Source: Eukaryota sp. TZLM1-RC | Lineage: Eukaryota; Protista; Metamonada: BaSk clade | Direction: 5' to 3' | Assembly (NCBI GenBank): GCA_040285825.1 | Contig: JAUPSS010000001.1 | Coordinates: forward strand, 3,410,001 to 3,474,000 | Length of the DNA stretch: 64,000 nt | Part shown: piece by piece, positions 1 to 12,318 of the stretch | Layout: each line of letters begins with the position of its first letter | Position numbering within the stretch: position 1 is the stretch's first letter | Translations under genes and position numbers: made by a program | Notes under the pieces: generated by a model | The model's database searches: none | Told to the model about the DNA's origin: nothing | Seen by the model: the letters and a program-made list of their open reading frames with translations, nothing else

Positions 1-200
1 TTCACGAAACTGTTGAAAGAAAATGGGAAGAAGTAGTGTTGTTGTTACTGATTAAATATCTTGCTAGACAGATGAGGAATTTACATGATGACGTGGCACT
101 TGTTCAAAAACAAGTATTTCTATTAATAAAGCTCTTTTCTCTCTTTACTTCTTTGGTATTTCTGCCTAACGGCATCATAAAGAAGACAATTCTTTTATTA

Positions 201-277
201 TAGGTGGTTCAAAACTGGTTCAGTTCAGTTCAGTTCAGGTTCCAAATTTATTTGTGAACTGAACTTGGACAGCCCTA
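201..277. repeat. Short (GTTCA)n repeats with inverted TGAAC copies ending in CAGCCCTA; possible remnant end of a DNA transposon (hAT-like)
   Basis: GTTCA x4 at ~218-237 and TGAAC x2 at ~255-264. The minus strand starts TAGGGCTG, resembling hAT TIRs. No partner TIR or TSD identified. Confidence 0.25.
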
Positions 278-681
278 CTTTGGAACGTCCAGAAAATATT
301 ATTTTATTCAAATAAAATTGTAAACAAAGCTAAAAATCAATCTCCTCAAACTCCACATCTACTATAGAACACTCACCTACAGCATTTTCTTCATAAAATT
401 TTCCTAGTGATAACAACGAGCTAGAAACAAGGCTATATATTCCCTTAAAATTAGAAAATACAATTCTGTTTCGTTTTTCGTGGTTTAAGAAAATAACAAT
501 GAAGACATTTGATGTCTTTTTGTGGCGGTGGCGAATTTAATTGACCATAATTAATAGACTAACTCGGTTCTTTTATAACAGAAACAAAGGCAAGAAAATA
601 AGCAGATCAGTATTTTGTAGAGATAATCTTGGTACATTGGTTTTAGTCTCATTAGTTATGAGTTCATTTATAATACTTATT

Positions 682-1620
682 TTATTGAACTTGCACACTT
701 AACAAAAAAAACTCATATCTGAAGGGATGAAATTCATTGAACCAGATTTCCTCTATATTATTTTGATCTGCTTGATGTCTAGCTAAAGCTTCTCTAATTC
801 GATTGAAGAACCGAGAAAATCTATGAATAATGGAAAATTGAATTCGAGAGCGCCACAATGAGATATCAAATCTTTTCATTGTTTTTTCTTGCATTATTTT
901 TTGAAAATCATTCAAAAAACTTCCTGCTTCTAGTGATAGTCTTCCGTTTATCGAAAATGGGAAAGCAACAAAAACAAGAGGTCTACTTTTATCAGTTTTA
1001 GACTCATTCGATATCTTTGTCATATGTTCTATATTTTCCTTTAGCTTTAAATTCAAGAGCACTTACAGGATTAAGTTTTCTTCTTTGACTGAAGAACGAT
1101 AAGTTATCAATTTCGAACAATTGAGAGCATGACGCAAAGTGAGCTGTGGTGAATTCGAACAAATACATTTTTCTTTTGATAATAATAAAAGTGATATTTA
1201 TTGAACATGCACTTAACCTAACACTTAATTAAATTAATCCATAACTAATGGGACGACTATCATTGAACCAAGATAATAATTGATTAATGAGGATATTCAA
1301 ACATAATCTCATTTATATTACAACCGCTTCATTATTAGCACACAGCCCAAATCTTCGTGGTACAATAGTCACAAAAAGTGAAGAATTTGATGACTGATTT
1401 TCACAAACACCTTTTTCCAATAACAATGAGTGGAGATCTTGATTTAAAAAAGCCGAGCCGAGCTGCATATATTTCTATAAAGATCAATTTCATACAGTCC
1501 AGTCAATCGTTTTTGTAGTGTTCAAAGAGTGTATTTTAAATTTAAATAATTCTATTCTGGAATATTGTCATTGAATGATTGGGGAAAGCATTGAGTCTAT
1601 TTTTCTACATCGATTTTTGA
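682..1620 (-). pseudogene. Degenerate 3' fragment of CRE-type non-LTR retrotransposon, family D
   Basis: ORF 682-1062 (FPFSINGRLS...WRSRIQF...REALAR) and 1080-1480 are homologous to the family D RLE region at 48175-49027; stops and deletions present. Confidence 0.85.
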
Positions 1621-1720
1621 AATTTCTTCATATAATCCAAAAATAGTAGAACTTTGTGTTGTCATTAATAAAACATTCATAGTTCATTTTATTAAGTGTT
1701 GTAGTTCAATAAAAATCTCT

Positions 1721-1902
1721 ATGTGGTTCCATCACTGCCATCATATTCAATGAAGCCTTTCAATCTCTATTCCACTTACTTTCCCATGATTTACACATGG
1801 TAAGCCCTTGACGATTAGACATCTGATGCGTCTTTCATGCCTTTTGGTTTCTACCTTGGATGCCCATCGGAACCCTTCATCTACCTTCTCCGATTTCTTG
1901 CA
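1721..1902 (-). pseudogene. Fanzor family-2 remnant (C-terminal zinc finger / RuvC-III region)
   Basis: Clear nucleotide homology to 12380-12560 (ccatgatttacacatggtaagccc..gacgattagacatctga); minus strand encodes the WNRD motif region. Confidence 0.8.
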
Positions 1903-2927
1903 TTAGACTGTTCTTGTTGTCTAGCTTACATTTCAAAACTTCCAAATCCTAATGGACAAATTCCACTGCAATATTAAATCCATCTTGTTGTTTGAATAGT
2001 AGTTGGTTTAAGTCGATAATTGAAATGTATCTTCACTGCTACAGCAAGCGTCAATTGGCTTATAAATAATGTCAGAATTGTTCATGTTGTCACATCATGG
2101 TGACGTTGCATATGCTTCCATTTGTCACCCTTTTTTCAGTTGATAAGCATCTTGCTTGCTGATGGTGAACTAGTAAAGAAAAATTAATCAAATGGTGACG
2201 TTGTTTTTGAGCTATGGATTATGTCTTCAGGTCATAATTCACAGACTCCCATGAAATTCGGTTTAATTGTTTGTCTTTTGTTAAAGATCAAATTCCTTGA
2301 TTCTTTGAGTGCCTAAATGGGTAGTTTGATTGACTATTATTTTGATTCTTCTTTAGATCTACAACTGTTTGAACTAAGCAAAAGCAGATCTTATGTTCTC
2401 ATTCATAGATTGAAGTACAAAAGTCGAACAAAGCACCCATTAACACAATGTATTAACTGAACTTTACTTGCAGTGTTAATTGAAACATTGTCAAATGTTC
2501 AATGGAAATTAAGCAAGTCTGCGGAGAAGTTTTGTGCATAAATTAGGAATTTTTTTGTCTTTTTTGTCATTTAAATTTCGATTGGATAGTTTAAATCTCA
2601 GAACTTTGTGGAAGCAGACTTGTTGTTTTTGTCAGCAATTTGCTATTTAGTCACATGATGAAGAACATCTGTGGAAAGCACTGTCTTGTTTGTGCATAAT
2701 ATATTGATTTCGAAAGTTGATGCAGTGCAAAGTCAGTAATTGTTGGAGGAAGACTTATTGTTTATCATTTTAGTTTAATAATACAGAATATTGAGAATAG
2801 TTCTGAATTACACGTACCTAAATAACTTTAACTTTATCAATTTAATATTTAAATTAGCAACAAAACCCCAGACATAATGAAAAAATATTATACAAATCTC
2901 AACAACCATTAAACAATAAATCAAATT

Positions 2928-3462
2928 CTACTCTGGCCTGGTGGCAAAATCATCAATTACTCCAGCATTGATCAACACTCTTTCCAATTGAGGGGTGCTA
3001 AAGTCATCATTGTTTCCCAACCTCTCAAAGCCCACCATTCTGTCCTTCGCCACTCCATCAAAGAAGAAAACGGTACAAGGGAGAACCTTGATGTTCAGCT
3101 TGGTCACAAAGAATGGAGCTTTGGAGGCTTCAATCTTGATGAATTTTGCTTCAATGTGCTGCTGAGCAAGAACATCTAGATGATAGTCTAGGATCTCACA
3201 ACGTTTAAACTCAGGGTGGTAGAAGTGAACAACAACCCGAGTGGAAGAAGTGACTTCCTTGAGAAATTGACCCTCGTCTATTTCTCGAAGGCTACCATGA
3301 CCTGAAGAGAGCATGTTTTGGATGCGTCTATGTCTTGAGTAAGAAGATAAAAGCAGAAGCGTACTGGTTTTTCATTTCAGCCATGCGGCGTTCACGGATG
3401 ACAGAGAGTTCCTCGTCGTCAGAGAAGTCGGATAAGTCAGAGTAATCACGGTCAGAATCCAT
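2928..3462 (-). CDS. TXNDC9: Phosducin-like protein 3 / thioredoxin domain-containing protein 9 (2 exons)
   Basis: GHGSLREI...VVVHFYH..F.RC.I.D.HL..LA..H.E.KF.KI...KAPF.V.KL.IKVLP...GFE.LG motifs. Removing a 31-nt intron (3334-3364) joins the upstream exon MDSDRDYSDLSDFSDDEELSVIRERRMAEMKNQ in frame. Confidence 0.9.
3334..3364 (-). other. 31-nt spliceosomal intron
   Basis: GTACGC...TTACTCAAG; removal restores the frame of the phosducin-like gene. Confidence 0.85.
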
Positions 3463-3659
3463 TCTCAAAGATAATGTCTAGAAAATGAGTGAGTTGAATT
3501 GTTTTAATAAATTTGATTTATTCTAAAAGATACAGTCTAAAAATCAATATCTTCAAGATTTGTATTGAGTTGAAATTGATGGTCCACTTTTTCATCAACT
3601 GACAATTCAAAATTTCTGAAAATATGACGAAAAATGTCTTCCTTTCGAACGAAAGTTCA

Positions 3660-4314
3660 TTTATTCCAACGAGAAACTAAACAGCAAAATTAAAATTGTA
3701 AATCTTCATATCACAAATCAGCCAAAAACAATTGACTGGAAGTTTTTCCTTCATAAAAGCGACAAAGAGATAATAAAGCAGAAGATAATAAGGGAACAAC
3801 AGCCTTAACAGTTGAAAATACAATTCTGTTCTGCCAAAATATTTTGTCAAAAAATCTTCCTGTATGGAGTTTTACAATTTCAACAAAATCATCCAAGAGA
3901 GATAAAGCAGGTGGTCCAAGCATACCATGTACGGAAAAAACAAATGGACAAAGGTCATAATGAGTGTGAGTTTCAGCATTCAATGAAACCAACTTTGCTG
4001 TATATTTATCAATTCTAGAATTTTCGGCAACAGACAACGGACTCTTGTGTTTTGATTGAGCTAATGATATAAACGAATTACACACATCAGTTGATCTCAC
4101 ATCAGTAATGATAGTCGTCCTTTCAAGACCTTCCAGCATTAAATCAATTCTATTTCGACCAAAAGAATTCAAAGTATCTTCATCAACCAAACGAAAGAGT
4201 AAAGGTTTTAAAAAGTAAACAATTCTGTGTGACTTTGTCATACAATAGTGTTGATCCCCAACTGCATCATGGATTTTTGATCGGAAAGTAATAGAGAGTT
4301 TACAATTAAACAGG
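3660..4314 (-). mobile_element. 3' fragment of CRE-type LINE, family H (RLE domain)
   Basis: HDAV.DQ, R.DL..D..D, PFVFSVHG, FWQNRIVF motifs in ORF 3711-4358; C-terminus LFLADL. The first residues of that ORF come from the adjacent family A tail. Confidence 0.8.
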
Positions 4315-7300
4315 TTTTTTTGTATTAACAATTTTATTAAAAACTTGTAAATCAACATTTAAGTAATCCATCTCTCCCAAAACAAAAACACTAGATGCAA
4401 CTCTCTTATAGTGAGATCCAAGAGAAACAAAGCATCAGAAACCATCTTCAACATCCCCTTAAAAATAGAAAACACGATTCTATTTTGCCAAAACAATCTG
4501 TTGAAATTTCTGTTAGTTGTTCTCTTTACAATAATTTCAAAATCTGCCAAAAAACGCATAGCCGTTGGAGCAAGTGAACCAAAAAGAGAAAATACAAATG
4601 AATACAAATTTTATTTTGCATGCTTGCTGTTGACTGGACATTTTGGACAAAGGTTCATTGTATTTTTTGATTTTGAAATTTTCAGCATTTGAAAGAGGAT
4701 TATGAATTTCAGAATTAGCAAGCCTCTCATTTGAAGCATTACAAGGATCAACAGACATTACATCCAATAAAATGAAGGTTTTATCTAATCCAGGTAATAT
4801 GGCATTACGTATATTATTCTTATGAAAATCATCGTCAGTATCAAACAAATTTGACAACAGAGGTTCCAAAAAGGATTCAATTTTATGAGACTTACACATA
4901 CAATATAATTGGTCTCTTACAGCATCATGAACCTTGCTTCTAAAAATAATAAAATGTTTACAATTTAACAAATGAGTAATTGTAATTTTTCGAGAACATT
5001 TATAAATTAAATTATGAGGTAAATTATTAGTCCAGATACAGGAACGAAATCTCTTATTCAAAGTCCAAGCAGAATCAGTTAGGAGAGTTTCATAAACTTG
5101 AGGAATTGTTGTTACTAAGGCAGAAGAAGTACTGTCACATATATCTTGTAAAAGATTTGCAAAAGCGGGATTCTTTTTCTTGACCAAGCCAAGTCTAGCA
5201 TCAAAATCCAAGCTTTCAAAAATCTTTGACAATTTTTGTTGAAGCTTTTTACAGCAAAACTGTAAATTAAAAAGAGATCGGTTTGGAATTTCTTGAATTG
5301 ATTGGGGAAAACATTTGGTCCAAATTTGTGGCGGCAATTTTTCAAGTTCACAAGATAACTCATACAAATAAGGACTGCAATTGGGAACTAACAGATGAGA
5401 ATCATCAGGAAATCTACGAGAAAATTCATAAATAAAATTCTTGCATCCACCCAAAAATGCTGATTGACACAAAATGGAAGATTTAGTAAATCCAATACCA
5501 CCCAAATTTGCTGAAGAAAATAAGTGATTTTTCAACATTCCAGGTTCTACATCCAATAAATCAGCAGAAATTCGGTTGTCAATGAATTAAAGGAACGACA
5601 AAAATCAAATGCTATGGAAGGAGCACAAGATCTCAAAAAGTGGGTTATTTTCCCAATAAAACAAATTTTATGCATGAAAAATTTAATATGTTTTTCTAAA
5701 TCTAAAGAAGAAATTGAATCAAGTCCAATTTTCATTTTCTCCAAAATAACTTGGAATTCATTCTGAATTTGAGGCACATTTCCAAACCAACAACCAAGGA
5801 ACTGGAAGGCATCACTACTATAATTAGTAACACGGACACCAAATCATATTTAGAAAATCAGATTTAATTACTTCAAAAATTGCTATTCGCTTTACAAAAT
5901 TAAAAGCACTTTTAGAGTCAAGATTAAAAATAAAGTTATTTTCCTCTGCATTAAAAAAAGTATCAGAGGCAAGAGCAGCAACATAAGCACCATCAATTGT
6001 TTTTATTCCAAATTGGTGAGGATTCAATAAGAAGTTTTGTCTTTGACACGATCAAAGACAAGTGATGCCAGCAAACGAGATAGAGATTCACCAACAGCAA
6101 TTGGGCGTATTCCATCATGTTTAATTCCATTACCAGGCTTTACTAAAGCAATCAAACGTGCAGCCAGTAATTCATATGGGGGATTAATTTTCAAAACAAT
6201 TAATTGTTGAATATAATGGGCAAGATCTGCAGCAATTTCAGGAGCTTTGGAGCACGCTGTTTTTAACAGATCAAAAGAAATTCCAGATGGGCCTGCAGTT
6301 TTTCCTTTAGGTAGTTTTTGAATAGCTTTGGAAACTTCAATTACAGAAATTGGATTTTCAATCCAAAAAGGACAAACATCAGGCTTGCTACACTTAAATC
6401 TTTTTTGAGGATGTAACTTTTGAAGTGTTTCAAGAGTTTTAGAATTTGTATCAGCCAAAGAAGAGGAAAACAAAAACTGTTTTGCTGCTCCATAACGACG
6501 ACGTAAGCAAAACTTTCGGATAACTTTTGATTTCCCAACTTTTCTTATTCCAAATTTTTTTTAAAACATTTTTTGCTTTTTTCTAGCAAAATATTTCCAG
6601 AAGAATGAAATATTCCACTTATTTTTTTTAATTTAGAAGTGAAAGTTCGCAGTTCCATTGAAAAGGGAATTGTATTGGCGGGGCTAATTTCTACTGGAAT
6701 CTGAATCGGAGGTCTAACAGTATCAGCAGCTTTACAATTGGTGCAAAACAAAAGTTTTCGATCATTATTTGAATCTTTAACATCTTTTCTGCAAAATGGA
6801 CAACAAAGATTATTGTTTTCAGAAGGGGAAGGAGAGTGAACCCCAGAAGCATTTGAATGAAGATCGTGAGAAACATTATTTTCAGCACAATTCAAATCGA
6901 CATCAACTAGACCGGAACTTTGATCAGAACTTTTTGCATTATGATAACTTGCTTGAACTTCTGCATTAGAGGGCTCATGAAAACAACTGTTGAGCACATG
7001 GTTAGCTGATTTTGATTTTAAAGCATTTTTCTTATTTTCTTTGCAAGTCCTGGAATTATAAACACTAATTCCACAAATTGAACATTTTGGTCTCGATTAA
7101 TTTTTTTAGAAATTAATTGTTTTGATTGATTGCATGTTTCATCAGAAATTGAAGAATGTTGTCGAATAGGAGAATGAAATGCAACAGTACTGGCTTCATA
7201 ATTGTTTTCGACATAGAGGATGTTTGCTGTTGTAAAAGGAGTTTGAATCGCACAAGAGAATGAATACTACGACGTGGAGTAGCTAAACTTGGTTTTGTGC

Positions 7301-7330
7301 AATACGTTGATTTCTCCAAATTTTCTAAAA
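4315..7330 (-). pseudogene. Near full-length degenerate CRE-type LINE, family A
   Basis: Decayed N-terminal knuckle (CSICGISVYNSRTC, ~7040-7090), CPFC, GK.AGPSG, RPIAVGESL, LD.K.AFN, C-terminal CCHC/RLE. Many frameshifts and a deletion of the QGDP/YMDD region. Confidence 0.9.
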
Positions 7331-9201
7331 AATTTGAAGAAAATTTTTTAGGTAAAAATGAAGAAGGAAAAGGAATGTGTAGTTAAACAGATGATTTGGA
7401 GAAATTTTTGATCAACATTTGCAAATCAAATTATGAGGCAAGTTATCGGGTCAAGTGAAACATCGAAGGTGAATTGTACTAAAAAATTGTGATATCATTA
7501 AAGGACGTAAAATGTCAGATGGAAAGAATGATGATTGTTTTAGTTCTGTTTTCTCATTTTTCGAAAAGAGCACCATTTGCCACATTTTGTGTTATGCTGC
7601 TAAAATTACAAGAATTGTACATAGGGTTCTGGTTTTGGCTTATAGTTTAAGAACAAGGTCCCTCACAAGAATAATACCATTTGGCCATTAAATATTTTCG
7701 TCCCTATGTTCCATTCATGCCCTGTCATCAACCAAATGTCCCCCAAATAGTTCTTTTTTTAGTTCACAACAATAAGCCTTTGAACAGGTGTCACATTTTC
7801 GAAAAAGCAAAATCAATGAAGGAATCAATGGAACCAGTACAAAACGTGTTATTGAGTGTTATTGGTACAATTTCAATTGGCTTGCAGTATATGGTTGAAA
7901 TTGAATTCTTTCTCCTGATTTTTTCTTCAGGAACAGAGAGAATTTTGATAATAAAATTATGTTGTTCCCAAAACATCATTCACTATAATATTCTTGATTT
8001 AAAACAGATTTCAACTTGTGATGTGAACAGTATATTTTGTGCTGAGAGAACACTCGCTTAAAATCAAGATAATCCTTATTGAACATATTGTCTTCTTGAC
8101 ACAACATTCACACTGTTGCTGTTCGTTGACATTTATAAATGTTGAACATTTATTAGTGCCACGGCAATCACAAACAAATGTGTAAAAATATGTTGTGTGG
8201 ATTTGTTTAACAAAAAGTTTTGCTCGGAACTGCCAAACACATTATTATAGCTGATACATTTAACAAATTTTGTTAAATATAAGATTTTTATATTTACAAA
8301 AATGAAACCAAATAGACAATTTGAACAAAATAAATTACAGATGACTCAAGAAGGAAGATAGTTTTGTTTTGTGAGTTCACATCACGATGGACCAATTTTT
8401 GGATAGTAGACATACATTACAAAATACGAAATATCAGAGTCTTGAATTGTTATTGTCAAACTTAGATTTTTTGGTTGTTTTAGCAAGAACATTAGTTGTT
8501 AGTAGCTGTATTTCATTGCTAAAAAGATTACATATTCCAAAGTCTACAAAGAAAACAATATGTACAGAATTGTTATTTCAAGCTCACGAATGCTCGTACC
8601 GTGGCTTCAAAGTGTTGCAAGCTCAGTATTTCACATTCATTATTAATAGGAAAGATTGTTTTTTTTTGTTTTAATAAGACGTACTATCTGAAAAAAACCC
8701 TGCCACAGTTCAATGTTACATAAATCGTTTATGTAATAGAAAATAAATTAATAATAAATAGATAATAGAGCGAAAAAGATCCACCGGAAGGGCCTCTCTG
8801 ATGTTGATCTACTCTGATGTATAAGAATTGCCCTAATCACCATCTAATTGTAGTGTTTATTGTGTAGAGGACAAGTTTAATGCTTTAGTTAAGAGTGATT
8901 TAGTTTAACGAAAGCAACCAACAACGTATCACTTATTTACTTTTTATTTTAATCAATTTTAATAAATTTTATATTTAAATAGAATTCAATGTTCTGCTGA
9001 TGATTGTTTGCTTTTGGATTTCATGTCATCAACCGCCAATTTTATTAATTTCAAAAGATCTTAGTGAAATTTTCTGTTAAATCTGTTTTTTCAATGGTGA
9101 ATTTTTCATTTTTAAAGCACAAGTTTTCTCTTACTTAGTTTTTTATTTTATAATATTTATCTTTATTTATTTATTTTTAAAATCTTTATCAACACCAAAT
9201 C

Positions 9202-10653
9202 TCACTCCTCCAGCTCAGCAGCCACTAAATCATGTATAATACGAGCTCTTCCGGTACTGGTTAACCACTCACTAAACACAGAGTGTACCGCACGTTCCAC
9301 CTTACCTTTTTCGTCTCCCTTCAAGTCCAAGGTCATGGCTCTAATTGATTGGAACAATTCTGCTCTAGACTTAATATCTGAAGCAAATGAAGAAGGAAGA
9401 GGTACTGGACATGTTGTGCAGAGCAAATTTTGAACATCTGCTGATTTCAAGTCTCCTGACAAGAGTGACGTGTCAATTGAGCTGTTTTTGAACTCCTCAA
9501 CGTCAGTATCAGAGAATGGCACAACAAAGGGTATATGAGTATCAGGCGGTTCTAACTTAAAGGAAGAAACGTCTCCTAGAGGCTCTTTCCAGTAATCTTT
9601 ATTTAAAATAGGTGACAGACTAATAGAGCTCATGTCAATCAAAAGTGATGGATAGAATGAATTAAATGGACCAAATATTAGTCGATGACAATTCATTGAA
9701 ACTACTGGATATAAATAACAATGTACATTTGAAACAATTTCACTTGAATTGTCAACCCTAATCAATCGACACGTCATCGACAACGATGATTTGATTGATG
9801 ATGTGATAGTTGCGTGTCGAACTGCTCCAACAAAAACAGTACATTGTTCACAATTAGAGATTACAATTGAGTCTATATGACCCATAATTACAATGAATAA
9901 ACGTCGACAATTAAAAATTGAAATATTACATCTTTTTAAATCTTTTTGTTTTAAAATGAGTGCCTTTTTTGAAAGATCAGAAAAAATTTGACATTGTTTG
10001 ACTGAGCTGGAAATTTGACCTAGTATGACGTCAGCCACGGCTTGAGGGTCAGATTTCAAAGTAACATTTTGAACTATATTATTGATGGTGATGGGATTTT
10101 CCTCAAATAATACATCAATTGAATCAGCAATCAGAGCAGCAGTTGGGGTAATTTCACAAGCAGCAAAGACTCTAAAAACTAACGAGAGCATTGAAGTGAG
10201 GTTAGAAGTGATAAAGCTATGTCGATAAGTATCAAGGTTACTTGGGGTAATGGCATCAGCTGTTATGGTTTCTATCGGTGAAGTACGGGCTTCACGGGAT
10301 GGCCAGGCTTCAGCACCCATGGCTCTGGCGGAGAGAATGTTGCCAGAGCGGTAGAAAGGTTGGATAGATAGGAGAAGGGCAAGAGGAGGAAGTGCAGCAG
10401 TGGTTTGGGTTATGAGAGAATCGGAAACTTCTGCAAAGGAGTAAAACATAGACTTAGCTAGGAGAGGTGTGATCGACAGAGAATCAGATAGAATGGTAGT
10501 CCAGTCTTCGATCGAGATGATAAATGAGCTTTGACAACATTTAAGTGACATTAGTTCAACAATAGTTCCCAGAGATCTCCATGAAGGAACCAGTTCTGGT
10601 GGAAGTTTAAACAAACAATGGTCAAAGATCGTGGGATTAATTGTGAGGGACAT
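9202..10653 (-). CDS. TBCCD1: TBCC domain-containing protein 1-like (C-CAP/cofactor C domain)
   Basis: ISNC..CTVFVGAV...C..I...N...PV....C....FGPFNS.YP beta-helix and C-terminal F..WL...G. First ATG at 10653 (the track starts at a TTG). Confidence 0.8.
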   Translation of the reverse strand: MSLTINPTIFDHCLFKLPPELVPSWRSLGTIVELMSLKCCQSSFIISIEDWTTILSDSLSITPLLAKSMFYSFAEVSDSLITQTTAALPPLALLLSIQPFYRSGNILSARAMGAEAWPSREARTSPIETITADAITPSNLDTYRHSFITSNLTSMLSLVFRVFAACEITPTAALIADSIDVLFEENPITINNIVQNVTLKSDPQAVADVILGQISSSVKQCQIFSDLSKKALILKQKDLKRCNISIFNCRRLFIVIMGHIDSIVISNCEQCTVFVGAVRHATITSSIKSSLSMTCRLIRVDNSSEIVSNVHCYLYPVVSMNCHRLIFGPFNSFYPSLLIDMSSISLSPILNKDYWKEPLGDVSSFKLEPPDTHIPFVVPFSDTDVEEFKNSSIDTSLLSGDLKSADVQNLLCTTCPVPLPSSFASDIKSRAELFQSIRAMTLDLKGDEKGKVERAVHSVFSEWLTSTGRARIIHDLVAAELEE

Positions 10654-10721
10654 GGTCAAAGGGATATAACAATAGAATGAGTTTCTGTTGGCAAAAGAAG
10701 AGAAAACTCAATTGGATAAAG

Positions 10722-11020
10722 ATCTACTTACTACTCAGTGATTTAATTACACATGTAAAATTTGGAACAGTGGACAGAACCAAGATTCTATGGATACAAA
10801 TGATGTATCTGGATCTGACACCTGTGTGCGTAGGTTTCAGACTAGGCAGTGAGTACTTGTGACAGTGGTTACTACAGGGTTTCAGAAAACCTTCCAGTAT
10901 TTGTAGTGGTCACTGTTTGTGCCAGAAGGGATAGTTCTTAGTAGACAGTTGTTTATCAGTCTACTTCAACCAGTAGGCAGCTACTTCGGTAGTATTGATC
11001 ATTGATCAAAGCTAATTTGG
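10722..11020 (+). ncRNA. Unannotated structured RNA candidate
   Basis: Six or more consecutive hairpins. These include a 17-bp stem with 5 G-U pairs (10861-10877/10901-10917), AGTAGAC/GTCTACT and a C(UUCG)G tetraloop (10980-10993). No ORF of note. Boundaries approximate. Confidence 0.65.
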
Positions 11021-11213
11021 CAAGACATAAACACTTTCCAACAACTGAACATTGATTTATTTAGAAGAAAAATATAAACTTTCAAAACAGGAAAAAATAA
11101 AGCCAAAAGAAACTTATTGAGTTCCAATAAAGATTAATAAATTAATTAAATCCAAATATAAGTCAAAAAAACTAAACAGCTGATTCAATGAACATTAAGC
11201 TAAAACATAATAA

Positions 11214-12233
11214 TCACCTCTTTCTTCGTTTCATTTGAGCACTCATTTGCCTTCTTTGGTAGACCACATCATCCAGATCTGAGCCTCTGGCAAACGAAAA
11301 CATAAGATTGGAAAATGCTGCAGTAGAGTGTTCTTGTTCAACCGGTTGTCTGTCCCTTGATGGCTTACCTGCTTGACGGACACGGGAAGGGTGTACAAAG
11401 TGTTGGGATTGTGGTTTGTACTTGGTTGGAGGTCTACATGCGAGTTTTGATGAACTTGTCAACCAATTGAGAGCATCTTTTGGGTCAAGGCTGCTCTGAA
11501 TAGGGAGAAGTGGCTCGTCATCAGAACAATCATTTTGATTGTCATTTTGATTGGTGGTTTGATTGTTATCTTTTGTTTTATCCATATCATAATGGACATC
11601 TCCTGTCGGCCGAACAAGATCTTCGAGAACTTTCATCATTGAGCTCTGTTCTTGCTCTGTAACTTTAACATCATTGTTGACAAATGCTTCTTCGGGGGAA
11701 CTTGCTTCATCTTCGTGAGTTTGATCGAAGTCATTACTTAGAATTTGCTGTAAATTTTTAGTGGAAGGTCTGAAACGTGGAACATCTCTTGCATCGAATT
11801 TAATTAAATTTCCCTTCAAGTCACGAATTTTCCATATTTTTGATCTATACCACTCACGAAGTCTATAGACTTCTTTCCGCTGTAACCTGGCAGTTAGCTT
11901 CTTCACCTCAGGTTCCTCATCAATAGTGGGAGTCTCAGTAGAAAACAACCGGGTTGAAAAGTCTGAATTTTGACGTTTTTCAACACGGATGAGGTTTCCC
12001 TTCCATCTAGTGTTGTTGAAGGAAATGATTTTGAGGAATGTTTCCTCCGAAACTGAATCAAAGTCTACAAAAGCAATTCGAGACGGAAACTTGTAGGCAT
12101 GAGGACATGGGTTATTCTTTGTGATGATTCTGACAGCAGATGGAGAAGCTAAAGATTGAAACAATGTTTGTATATCGGCTTCCGAAACAGACTCTGAGAG
12201 ATTTCCAATGTAAAAAGATAAAGGATTGGTCAT
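11214..12233 (-). CDS. N-terminal RRM RNA-binding protein (possibly NOL8/Nop8-like)
   Basis: RNP2 FYIGNL, RNP1-like IAFVDF and 'N.T.WKG..IRVE'; low-complexity C-terminus with a basic tail. Confidence 0.75.
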   Translation of the reverse strand: MTNPLSFYIGNLSESVSEADIQTLFQSLASPSAVRIITKNNPCPHAYKFPSRIAFVDFDSVSEETFLKIISFNNTRWKGNLIRVEKRQNSDFSTRLFSTETPTIDEEPEVKKLTARLQRKEVYRLREWYRSKIWKIRDLKGNLIKFDARDVPRFRPSTKNLQQILSNDFDQTHEDEASSPEEAFVNNDVKVTEQEQSSMMKVLEDLVRPTGDVHYDMDKTKDNNQTTNQNDNQNDCSDDEPLLPIQSSLDPKDALNWLTSSSKLACRPPTKYKPQSQHFVHPSRVRQAGKPSRDRQPVEQEHSTAAFSNLMFSFARGSDLDDVVYQRRQMSAQMKRRKR

Positions 12234-12318
12234 TCGTAACAGAGGTTGTCTATAACAATGAAAGAAGTGTCCTAGTTACACTGATGATGAACTGAGTTGG
12301 CAAGTGGAATATTTTCTC

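Noticed and set aside
7330-9200. Short ORFs 7681-8061 and 8387-8674
   Set aside because: Low-information AT-rich frames without motifs.
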